From contig JAQGDQ010000001.1 in assembly GCA_030141605.1 (NCBI GenBank), forward strand, positions 1,426,001-1,490,000: a DNA stretch of 64,000 bases, given 5' to 3'. Origin of the DNA: Tubiluchus corallicola (taxonomy: Eukaryota > Animalia > Priapulida). Position 1 is the stretch's first letter, and every line of letters starts with the position of its first letter. A program made the position numbers and the translations under genes. Below, one piece after another: positions 14,601-26,700 of this stretch. The notes below the pieces were generated by a model. The model saw only the letters and a program-made list of their open reading frames with translations. It was not told where the DNA came from and searched no databases.

Positions 14601-15442
14601 CAAATTTAAACTTATTAAAATTTTTCTCCACAAAAAAACACATATAAACACAGGTATATAACAAGGGCCTACAATCCCTTTGTTTCTATTGGAAGAACTG
14701 CAAATTGCATTAAGTTAACTATTCTACAAAAAAAACGGCTACTACCTTTACAGTTGGGAATGCATGTACTTTGTAAGACCGACATGTTTCAATGTTTCTA
14801 GAATCTGCACAGTTGACAACAGCGATGTTGATCACATCATGCCAACCTAAAGAAAAACGTAAAATAAAAAGCAAAAAGAAAAATGCATAAAACATCTACA
14901 TTACCGGCAACGATTTAGACTTATTTAGTCATCACTGTACCATAGCTGCATGCCCTCTTGAAAGGTTTCAAAAGAAATGTTAGTAAACTAATGAGTATTG
15001 ATCTACAGTTTAAGGAACTTAACATTGGTCACATTTTTCAAGAGCATAATTATAACTATTTAAAATCACTTAATTAGACTGTTTACTACTTTCATTTAAT
15101 TAAAACTTAGCCACTTACCAGTCCGTGTCCTCATACACTGGCAAAACTAAGTGATTAACAATTTGAGATTAAAGCAAAAATAACTGTCATACCTGCCACT
15201 TCAATTGACAGCTTTTTCCAAGTAGGAGCGAATCGCTGACAATGCCCACACCAGCTGGAATAAAACTGCACAATCCAAGCAGTAGATTTACCATGTAGAG
15301 TTCGTTTTATAGTTTCATTTGTTAGCTGAACAACTGGGTCAGTTTCTGCATATAATGACTCTACTTTTTCACAAAAAACACATTTATGTAATGAAGAAAC
15401 TATTAATAAACATTCGAGTAAAAGTCTGTAACATATGGCCAT
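5700..15442 (-). CDS. QSOX: Quiescin sulfhydryl oxidase, copy A (10 coding exons, ~667 aa, C-terminal TM helix and cytosolic tail)
   Basis: Exons (minus strand): 15193-15442, 14746-14846, 13379-13539, 13061-13157, 11973-12124, 11550-11687, 9916-10057, 9266-9379, 6960-7104, 5700-6403; all GT-AG and phase-consistent, 2004 nt in total. Signal peptide; Trx motif [11 protein letters not shown]; [11 protein letters not shown]; cis-Pro loop AFPT; VYVRDLES; [22 protein letters not shown]; Erv FFGCREC; [13 protein letters not shown]; [11 protein letters not shown]; CPKC; TM helix then RRRHK. Confidence 0.95.
7633..8400 (-). mobile_element. Ty3/gypsy LTR retrotransposon relic (RNase H fragment plus probable 3' LTR) in QSOX-A intron 8
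   Basis: [27 protein letters not shown] at 8130-8280 is a gypsy RNase H signature. Candidate LTR 7633-7836 has TGTA...TACA ends and is preceded on the minus strand by a degenerate purine-rich tract (AAAGTGGTGG). Confidence 0.65.
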
Positions 15443-15589
15443 AGCGTTGATGGAAACAACTGTTGGGCACCGTTTACCGCACTACCCTATATACCGCACA
15501 ATACGGTATTTGGCCCAATTTAGTCCCAGCCGCGCGCAATATGGTCGAGCAAGTTTTCATCCACGCCATATTACCATACGGCCACTCGT

Positions 15590-16250
15590 AAAATATAAGA
15601 GTGATAGAAGCTATTCGATCAAGCTCATTGTAAGCTCATACTTCGTATCTAAATATCTGCCTAGCTTGTTCTTGAATTCACTTTTCACTGAAGGAGCTTT
15701 ATGAATATCAAGCGGGAGTGAATTCCATTCTCTAACCACTCTTTCCATGAAAAAATATTTTCTACAGTGCAATCTCTGGCTCTATGCTTATAAATTTTAA
15801 GAAAGTGCCCTTTGGTTCTGCCTTCATTTGCCAGTGTAAAAATTTTTCTTTGTTCTTCTATGCCACCTAACACATGCATAATTTTATATGTTTGTAACAA
15901 GTCTCCTCAACTCTAAGGTTGTAATTAAGTGAACATTCTCTAAGCCTGTCTTGATAATGACATTTTCTCCATACTTTCAATCAAGCTGGTCACCATACGC
16001 TGCAGGCCCTCTAGAAGCTTAACGTGTTTTCTATAGTAGTGAGGATTCCATGCTTGTAAACAATATTCTAATCTGGGTCTTACTAAGCCTTTGTACAATT
16101 TCATTATTGTCGTCGCTTGATACAAACTGTCTCCTTATCATTCTTAGGGTTTCACCACTTCAGCACACTGGTTTGCAGATTTAAAGTCATCAGTTACTAT
16201 TATCACACTACAAATGCCAATTCTGCTCTATTCATGTAATACACCTTTAC
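15590..16250 (-). mobile_element. 3' fragment of a CR1-type LINE just upstream of QSOX-A
   Basis: LYKGLVRPRLEYCLQAWNP..KLLEGLQR, QTYKIM, RTKGHFLKIYK and VVREWNSLP-like motifs of the CR1 ORF2 C-terminus. Boundaries approximate. Confidence 0.82.
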
Positions 16251-16523
16251 CTACATAATACATCATTATAATTGTGGCAACTCAGCGAGCAAGCATTTAG
16301 TAAAAAGGCACACTTTTTTATAAAATGAAACTTTCACATAATTTTTAAAAATATGTCAAAATTTATCAATGTTTAAAAAGCATTAAATTCCACTTTCCAT
16401 ATGTGCCCCTATATATCGCATTCATCATCGTCATCATCATTATCATCTTCATCCAATGAATCGTACGTCCAGAGACATGATTTTGTTCACCTCTACATGC
16501 CAGAACTCCCTACTCGCTGCATC

Positions 16524-16620
16524 TGTATGTATGTATGTATGTATGTATGTATGTATGTATGTATGTATGTATGTATGTATGTATGTATGTATGTATGTAT
16601 GTATGTATGTATGTATGTAT
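16524..16620. repeat. (TATG)n tetranucleotide microsatellite
   Basis: About 24 perfect units by direct reading. Confidence 0.97.
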
Positions 16621-17149
16621 ATATCGCATTGGTTGATTTGGCTCTCCGCAAATGTAACTCAAGCGTAGTAGTATAATGTGGCCCATGAGGTGGTTCGGTA
16701 AATACTGCCCAACAACAGCCCTTTGATACGATGACAATCTACCCTCAACGAGGTACCACAGATTTAGATTGCTGCCTCAGAGAGGATTGCTAGGTTGACT
16801 GGCTGAGTAAGCAAAAAGTGACACAACAATGGGCACCATGTTATCGGGCAAACTACAGCTTTCTGCTAAATTGCTGATCAGTGCTTATGCGTAGATGTGA
16901 AATTTGCATTAATTTTTATTATGTGTGCAATGTGTATGAATTTGTGTCCAAATTAAAAAGCTAGTTAGAAGTGCAAAACTCCTGCATGGTCTATAAACGT
17001 CCAAATTTGGCAAAAAGTATCAACAAGGTCTTTTTACAGGTAACAACGTCCTACATCTTCATACGATATTACTGTATTCTTATCGTTGGACTGTTACCGC
17101 AGATTGCATGAATGGAGTGTGGCGTAATTTAGGGGCGGAGTGTGTGACA

Positions 17150-17767
17150 AAAGTAGAACAGGTGGAGTTGATTCTGCAAATGAAAATCTAGACGCTGCAA
17201 ATTGCAATGGAAGTGCTGGAGTTTCATGCTGAAGAACTGACTATTGAAGAGTTACAGGAATTACACGAACAACAAATTATTTCGCAAGATGGCGACGACT
17301 GAGCCACTGAGCAAATTAATCACAATGCATCTGTACGTAGCTTTTTTAAAAACACGTTGATACTGGTCTTTATATTTTATGTGAAAATCGCAGTGACCTA
17401 GAACGGAGCAATACAATACTATGAAGAAGTGTTAGCCGAAAAAAGACAAAATTTAAACAACCAACAATGGATTATTTTTATAACAGGCAAATAAGAAAAG
17501 GAAGAAGAGGGAAAATGACTGAAGGGTAGGAGATTAGGTTTCAGATTTAAGTTTTATCAACAACATTTTGTTTATATAGTACACCTGTAGCATTTTAATT
17601 AAAAAACTGCTATAGAACTGTAAGCAATAAGTCACAATTATACAGTGTTTAGTTTATGAGCCAAACGTTATATATTTTTCTCTTGCGAGATAACTGAATC
17701 TTTTAACATGGCCATGCTAAGTAATTTTCGCTTGAACGCATTAGCGTCATTAACTGAGGACTTACTG
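17150..17767 (+). mobile_element. pogo/Tigger-like DNA transposon 3' remnant
   Basis: EVLEFHAEELTIEELQEL and YYEEVLAEK..KQPTMDYF resemble the Tigger/TIGD1 transposase C-terminus. Ends in ...CATTAACTGAGGACTTACTG-TA, whose reverse complement matches the terminus at 50096. Confidence 0.65.
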
Positions 17768-20046
17768 TATTTACTAATTTTGTCACGATAGTCATCAGCA
17801 ATATAAATTAAAAATGCTAATTTGTAACTAATTAATTATCTGCTAGCGTAAAACTGGTCTAATACGGGAGCGAGATAACAAAACAATTAGATTAAAATTG
17901 CAAAAGAATTTCGATAAAAATGGCTGCAATAATATTATTAAAATTTATTACAGTTGTAATTGTGTGGATTAATTTATATATTTGACGGCTACTAGAAGGC
18001 CTCTATTATTGCAATCAGACAGAAACAAAAAAGTTATTTTAAATTTCTCTTCAAATGAAACATACGCCTTTTAAAATACATGTTGGCAAGTTGCCAAGCT
18101 GCAGTTGTCCAACAACAAGGTGCTCTTGAGAGTCATACGTGTATTGTTCTATACACGAAAACGCTTCATCTATACCTGTGTGAAATTGTGAACTTTTTGT
18201 GATCTATGTTGCATATCGAACCACAAATATTTACATGTATCAATGACAACGTATCAGTGATTAGTTTACATTTATGCAGTACGAAATAAGGCGTTATCAT
18301 TTAACTATCGGCATATTTAGCCAAAAATAATTAATTATACGTGCAATTTACATGCAAGTATAATCAGTAAACTGTTTAATGTTCAATTTCTATTTATAAT
18401 AATTATTGTAGTGTGGCTTGAGTTTCTAGGTACCTTCTGTTATGTTCATCATAAAAGAAACCAGTAAACAATAAAGCAGTCTATAGAGTAAACAGAACAT
18501 TGCATTGCACTGCTTCATTCGTCCAACTCACAAGTTGCCAGTAGAGCAATACAACAATAACTGCCTGTTCGTTCCTACATAACATAATTATATTGAAACT
18601 CAAATGGCAAGAGATCATGAAACTGTAAATGAACGATCATCATTGTTAAAGAATGAAGTTATTTTTGTTGTTAACTTAATGACAAATGCGGCTATTATTT
18701 ATATCTTAATATAATTTTAATATTTGTGTGATTACTTCTCATAGTTTTCATCAACCGCTGCAACGTATGGGAACATACTAAGCTTTCGTCTATTTTCTCA
18801 CAAACATCAGACTTATCTGTAACAGGCACTGAGCCTAATACACATCAGTGAACACCAAGAAATTTTTTCATTAAAGTTTATAATTCAATAAAGTCAATAA
18901 AGACACTGTAAACTGGTGATTATTTATAGTGGGTTTTAAATCATTAGTCAGCAAAATATTCTAAAGGCTCAGCGACACTTCTAGGAAAATTTATAATGGT
19001 GAAATTTTGTAACCCATTTTCACATACGGGTGCGTGAGAGTATCCCTCAGTGTGACTTAGTGTAATATAGAAAGACCTAAATGTTCACAAATACAGACCT
19101 TGACGTGCCTTTAGCTAATAGACAACGTCACAGAAAAAACTCGTAGACAACGTTAGTTTTCATGCTTTCAGATCTGTGGGTTGACATGTTGACACAATAC
19201 ACATGAAAGCAGAAAAATCTATAGTGGATTAACTATTGAAGTAATTTCACTCCATTTTGATAAACAAAAGCTCAAATTATTTATTACTTGATGTACTTGA
19301 GGTCAAATGATGTTTTTAGGATCACCTGGCATGTGCCCCTTTTTTTTAGTTCTGATTTTTCTTGGCAACAAGTATAATAAATAGTAAAACAGTTTTTCAT
19401 ACATACATTTTTCCACTGATATAATTTATATAATAACAAAAATCAAGCTACAAAATAGAAATGTCATAATACTGGATTCTATTGCAAGGACAATAATAAT
19501 TATAATTTCTCTACGAAAATACTACCAAAAGACAAAAGTATCAAACATTTTCCACAAGGTATGCAAATAGGATAATAAATGCTCTCAAGAACTACTTTGT
19601 GCAAACAAAAGCCTTTCAGTTCCACTTAAGCAAGAATAGTTTTCTTATCATTCCAAAGTTGCGTAGCTTTTAACTCAACTTGCTAATGTACCAGTAAAAT
19701 GAACACTAAATCTATACTAATAACTATTAAACAATGATCAAATTTCACTTCCTCCTGATAACAAGGTATTAAAAAGATCTGATAGTATCAACAATAAAAT
19801 CTGCACAAGCTGTAAAAAATTATACATGCAAATACACTATAATATACAGTTAATGCATTTTCAAGTTTTTAACATCTTTGCTGCTTCCAAAACTGTGATA
19901 TCGGCAATCATTCAAATCACTCCACTTTGATATGAAAAAGTGGAAGATAAAGCTTTCTTTTGAAACATTAAAAACAGCAATAACTTTTGAGAGACTATTT
20001 CAAGCTACAAATATTACTTTAAAATCAATGCGGTTTTGCTTCTGTT

Positions 20047-20161
20047 TATCAATATAGCTTTTAAAGAATATGATATGTTCGTACAACAGAGATTCTAAAA
20101 AGGTATATCAACATAGCTTTTAAAGAATATGATATGTTCGTACAACGGAGATTCTAAAAAG
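20047..20161. repeat. 59-bp tandem duplication downstream of the QSOX-B stop
   Basis: TATCAAYATAGCTTTTAAAGAATATGATATGTTCGTACAACRGAGATTCTAAAAAG occurs twice. Confidence 0.9.
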
Positions 20162-20510
20162 ATTAAAAAACACATAGGAAACATAGTAGATGTACATAAA
20201 AACACCTCCTAGCCGCCAACAAGTAATCAAGAAAATTAAACCTTTATAGAACTGTGACTAAAGGCCACTATAAAGGTACATCAGGTATAATCATGATTCA
20301 CATCAGACCTAATTACTAGAAATCAATCAAATAAAACAACTTTTACCCGTTATTTTTGATCACACAAAATAGAATCTCACTAAAATCAGATCATAGTAAA
20401 TAGTATACCAACATATTAAATGAAATACCACTACTATTTCATGCATTAAATTTGCCATGAACTTTATATTTAGGTCAATCGAGTACAGAAAAAAAAAGAG
20501 TATAATTGCC

Positions 20511-23500
20511 CTAATGCAAAACAAGAATATACAAACACAAATATATGGTAAATACAAACACACATAAACTCACAACAATATTGGTTATTCCCCATACACC
20601 TGATTTAGGTGGTTCAGTTATGCGTTCTTGTCTGTTTATGTTGTCAAAGTGAATGCCATCACCATAGAATGAAAGCAAAAAATTAAAGACTTCTAACTTA
20701 TTCCAACTATTGGAAAAGCTCGAATTCATACACCTAAGACAAAATTCTGCTGTGGGAAATTGTACTTTGGGAAACTGTGGATCTTCACTAACATCACCAG
20801 CTAAACGTTTGTTAACTTTGTTATGACCTTGCCACAACCAAAGCACTGCATCTTCTGTACTGTTTACATACGTTCCTATATCCACAGCCATTTTCTCAAA
20901 ATTTTCTCTACATTCTTGACAGCCAAATAAAGACGTTACAAATGAACGTATGCCAAACAGCACTTCTTTTGGATCAATATCTTGGCCTGCAAAAAGAAAT
21001 ATGTGTTAACTATTCACTGTTATTACAAATACTTTGTAGTAAAATGCCACAAAAAAGAGAATGCCTTCCCATTTGAGAAAGACATTCAATTTTTAGGTGA
21101 ACAGTGACAAGTTAAGCAATATTCAAATAAAAAAACTATTTTGTATACACGAAATAGCTGGTTAAAATTAAATTTGCAGACCTGAAACGACAGTACTCAT
21201 CACTATTATTATTACTACCTTTTACCATGTATTTTGACTATCAAAATCAGTTTTACTTTACATAAAAAACAAATAAATAAAGACAATTATAATTACAATT
21301 TTTTACCAACATTAAAAATTCATCAAGTCAGATTTAAGGGATAGACAAATACGCATGCTGTTATACATATATGCAAGGTAAATGCATTTGTCAATATGTG
21401 ATGTTTCAGACTTTGCAAAATGTGTCTCATTAAGGTTTTTATGCACGTGATGCAGAATTTTCTAAAACTGGCTATTAAATTAAAAATGTGCAGTTCTGGA
21501 CTTATTACAACTTGACAGTGGTTCTACTTTTCACAAAAAATTGAAGAAAAAGAAAAATTTGGGAGAATTAAATAGCCAAATAGCTAATGTTAACTGTGCG
21601 AGCTTGGCGACCAAAGTAAAGTGATGCCAAACCTGATCAGTGAATGGATGTTGTTTGAAGGGGTTTACTGCCACACTGCCCCGAGTATCATTGAGGGATA
21701 ACATATATACATCCAAATATGGTTGAGGCACCTCTGCTAGTTCAGTGCCTCATCTTAGAGAATTATCCTTGATAGCAAGATAAATCCTGTTCCCATCGCA
21801 ACCACTACTTCCTTTTCTTCTGCTGTACTGTACCAAAGTGTATAACTAGCTAATTTATTCTTAATATTCACTGCAAGATGTCTCTAGCAATTTAGTCAGA
21901 TTTATGGCTGAGGACACTAAAAAAACAAACCTCTGGCATTAGTTTTGTAAGCTCCTACAGTAAGTGTATGGAATGTAACCCAGAGTCCACAAGGGTAACC
22001 TCTATAATGAGGTTGACTGCCACTGCATCCAATCCACTCAATATCTGTTGGCAAATCCCACTAGAAGTTTACAAAGGAAATTAATTAATTATTTGACCAC
22101 TTCACATAAACTTTTGTGACCTTAAACTGGCTTAAAATGATAAAACATTGTTTAGTGCAGTAATGTCTAACAGTGCTGTGAAAATGATGAGAACACAGTT
22201 TTATATATTGTGGTTTATTTCAAATAGATTAAGCTTTTTATTTGGTAAAAGCAGAACTATGAATCATTTTTGTTGTACTTTTGGATTTCTACATTCATTA
22301 TTTTCAAACAGCTTCTTTGAAAATTCAATAACAAGTAGCGAAAGACTGTTGCCTAACTTTCATTTCCATTACAATTTGCCAGACAAGCATTTACAAAAAT
22401 GAAAGAAAACATTAACTGTTATAATTGATTTGAGACTTACTAACACACTTGAGTGGCACATTTATACACTAAAAAAACTGAGAATGCCTGAAACTATTAG
22501 GCTTGAATAAGTATCAAGTGCAGGAAGTCTCACAGTCAAGCAAAAGTGCCAAACACATTTGAAGACTTGATGGGTCTATATAAAAATAAAACTAATAAAC
22601 CATTTGACTTACGTACAAGTGACGATCATTAAGTATTCAGTGAAAAGCAATTTTGATGCATTTTCGTGCACTTATTCTCCTGATGTAAAAATATTATTTT
22701 GTAGCAATATGCTATATTTCCCAAGATGACCCATTTTAGCATGCTCAAGCGAACATTTACTGTTATTGGCCACCCACACGGTCATTCAAAGCACTGTCAT
22801 TCTCGAGTTCGTTAGTTTTGAAGGATTGTCTGGACTCCGAGAATAACAATGAAATTTGAATGTCATTCAAGTTTGATGATATCAAGCTGGTCTTAATTTT
22901 CATCAGTGTCGGTCATCACTCTGGGAATGAGCAGCCAATAATAATGCACACTGGCGACTCAGCTAGAACAGCTGATTTATAGTAGTGCATAAATGGCACA
23001 CTGTCACTAAAAAGAATGAATGATTAACAAAAAGCGACAGCATAAATTATATTTTGGAAGTGCATGCAAATTTTATAGACTTGTACAGGGCTCATACATG
23101 TACAAGAGCTCATACGTGTACAAGAGCTTATACTCGAACTGCGGCGAATAACCTGAAAAGGCAGAAGCTATGGTACCTTGACAACCTACTCTTTTACTTT
23201 ATTGAGAAGTGAAAATTTGTCCAGAGGTGAACATACTTGGTGTTATCTGAATATAGTTTAAAAATTCATTTACCCTTCTACCTTTAATTCCCCCAAAAAT
23301 TTGATAACTTTTTGTTTTGTTTCTTTGCCAAAGTGCTTTTTTATTTGCAGCAAATGCTTAAACAAATCTCGTTTTCATGCAAACCATTTTGGCATTGCTT
23401 CAGAAATGAAGTGAAGTTAGAGACACCCCCTTAAACAAATACATTTTGCAAAGATATTGTCAATGAAAACTGATCGTGTAGACAGAGCTCAGTGTTTTGA

Positions 23501-23708
23501 ATGTCATTCCTTAGAAGGACTGTGTGGACTTGGTATTAGTAACTGGATGATAAAAACTAAGGTTTACTTATATATTTGTTACACCCCTTTGAACAATAAC
23601 GTAAATGTAATTAGAAATAACCTAGTGCTAAAAAGATGTTGACAAAATTTCAGTAAGATGTGTTGGAAACAAATTTGTTAACATCCACACACACACAGAC
23701 ATGCACGC

Positions 23709-23739
<31 letters not shown>

Positions 23740-26700
23740 TTCTACATTTGTGAAATAAACCTACAAATGCACAAATTCAATGATTGTGGCACAGCAACTT
23801 TGGGTTTTTTCCATCATTGTACATAATCCAAATGCAACATGTGCCAACCAATGGTTCCTGTAATGATTTACTAATGAAAAAATACAACTCGTATTACCTC
23901 ATTTTTCAGGAATTCAGTTAACTTTTGCGGATTAAGCTCTTTATTTGCTTCTTGGAGCAACTTGTTCAGCTTTCTAAGAAAACCCAAAAGCAATGGTCGT
24001 CCAGGAAAATACTACAAAATACAGAAGCTAAAATGTCAAAGGCTATCAGATAAGGATAAATTTAATAGCAAGTAGATAAAAATTACAACAAAAATATACA
24101 CAATAAACCCATTTAGAGAAATATTTGTAATAAATAAAATTGGAAACATACAAGTGGACTTTAAATTTCAATAAGATAAGATAAGATAATATTTATTTTC
24201 ATCGGTATGATATAAACAGTACATATCTGTAGAAACATGAGCTTAAAGCTCGTAAACCGATATCAAACATAATGTATATGAGCGATAACATGGTAATAAT
24301 ATGTACTTCTAAAATGTTTTGGATGCTACCAGAGGTATTGGTACAAGAAAAATTAAAACTACATGAAGGCAGTAAAAAATTGAGACAGTTAAGAACTGAG
24401 ACAGTAAAAATTTTAGGCAGTAACATTTTCTAAAATTTACACAAAAAGCTATCTAGGTCAATAAAAAATTTTCTGCCAACATTTCAGCATTTATTTACAA
24501 CTTATCAATAATTGGGAAGTTCGCTGAATTTACAAATGGTACATTTACATGATACACCAGTCCATGAATTAATTAGACGTTTAAATTCCCAAAGATTTTC
24601 GGCCATTTGGAGACAGTTTAGTAGTTCATTCCACAATGTGGCTCCATAATAGGAGAAACTTTTCTTGCCATATGTAACACCATCATATGTAGGGTGTTCT
24701 GCAGTGTTCATTTTTCTGAGGAAGTAGCGATTTTGCTTTTGTTCCTCTATCAGTCCATAAAGATAGGACGGGCAGTTTTTGGACAAGATCTTGAATACTT
24801 CGATAGCAATGAGACGTTGTCTCTGAAGTTGAAGAGACACAGAATTGTCTTTTAACAATAGATTTTCGTAGGTACTTTCGTAGGAAATCATTATAAACTA
24901 GACGGAGCACTCTGAAATTCAAATGCTCTAACTTCTGGCTGTTTGATTCACTACAGAAGTGCCAGATTACAGGGCAGAAATTCAAATTCGACTTGACAAA
25001 CGAAAAGTAGATGAGTTTTCGACATTCTACCGACATGTAGATTGACCAATACGGCGTAGAACATTAATCTGTTTCGCTGCTTTTTTGCACAGGGCTGAAA
25101 TATGCGAATCAAAGTTCAGGCGAGTCTATATTTACACCAAGACGTTTCACCTCACCCGTACATTCAATATCCGCTCCTTTGATGTTGAAAGTAGGTTTCA
25201 GGTCTTGTGTAATTTTGCATCAAAATTTTCAGTGTCTTTCAAGTTTTCTCTAATTTTCAGTACACTTAGATGATTCTGAATCTCATCCTCAGAAAGTTCT
25301 CTACCAATGTCCTTTGCTACTTTAGACAAATGATCATTGAACAAATCACAGACTGACTTAGGGTCAGATACGACAGAATCATTTTCCAGGAGGCAAATAT
25401 CTTGCCCAGATTTTGAATTTTTACTCAAGAAAGTCCTTTGATTTCGGCCCCCTGGCACACCTTTCAATAAAATCGTTTGTAATGGCCTCTCTTTTCAAGG
25501 CAGTGACCTTGTTTCGTTGAACATAAACATATTTGTTCCAATCTCGTTTAGTTCTTTGTCTTTCCCAAATGCGTTTCAGATTGTTCTTGTACCTTTCTTA
25601 ATTTCCCATTCGTGAATGGTGCCTCAGCCGTTTCAGTTTTCTTTCCTTGACTGGAATGTGCTGGTTCACAATGTCAGTTAGCAACTTGATGGCCATCCAG
25701 CATGCATCATCTATATCATCAAATATTTATGCAACATGGAAAGGGACAGATATGACTTCATGGACCAGTTCATCCTGATCAAGGTTTTTGTAGCACCTGT
25801 ATTTGGCTGTTCCATTTGGCTTCGGTTTCAAGTGAGTTTTCATTACACTGAAAACCTGCTTGTGGACATCGCTTAATCCAGTATCACAGACAAGAGTTTT
25901 GGTAAAAGAGTTTGGTCTGTTGGTTAATACTAAGTCAACAAGAGATGGTTCAAAACGTTTGGTAAAACAGGTGGGTTCTTTGACTAGAATAGTGAGATCA
26001 AAAATATCACAAAGTTCGACAAGGGGACCACTTTTTTCTGGTCTCAATAGATCGAAGTTAAAGTCCCTGATCAGTGCTATGTTATCGTAGAATGTTAATA
26101 CTTTGTCAAGAGATTTGGTCATATCAGTTGTGAAGTTTGTGTCACTAAGAGACGGAGGCTTATACGATCCTACAAGCAGCCACTTCTTGTCACCGAGTTG
26201 GAGTTCAATATTTACGGCTTCCACTTGTTCTGGCTCAGTCTCTTTCCTTCTTCTGTCGGGGATGTCTGACCTAACATAGGCCATAACCCACCCCCATCAC
26301 GGTTACGATCATTCCTGAACAATTGATAGCCATCAACTTTGAACTGGGCATCTAAGAAAGAATCGTCAAGCTTGGTCTCACCAATCACCAGTACATCTAC
26401 AAGTCTCTCATAGCATCTCAGTAGCTGTGATGTACTTAGTTTGCATACTGTTGATGTTGAGGTATGCAATTATCACATTCTTTGGGTATGCTTTACGCAG
26501 TAATTTTAATTCATCCAAATAATGTCCCTCATCTTCACGTTCTGGTTCACAATTAAAACATAGAAATTCAAGGGAGGCATCGGCAACATGAGCCTGGAAA
26601 GTTTCATTATCTATACAGATACATCTGCAGTGCAACCACATATCACATTTGTCACACTGGACTCCTTTCCGCACTCCTTTTCCACATATTCCACAGGGGC

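Noticed and set aside
15250-15275. Gln instead of the buried Glu before WCGHC ([11 protein letters not shown]) in both QSOX copies
   Set aside because: As I recall, vertebrate QSOX2 has the same [11 protein letters not shown], so it is not unusual.
16401-16737. ORFs with MYVC/IHTY repeats
   Set aside because: Artefact of the stop-free (TATG)n microsatellite.
20475-20513. Stop-codon readthrough restoring the QSOX-B tail
   Set aside because: Readthrough would add only ~11 residues (GNYTLFFSVLD) with no basic tail, and the context is not a recognised strong readthrough motif.
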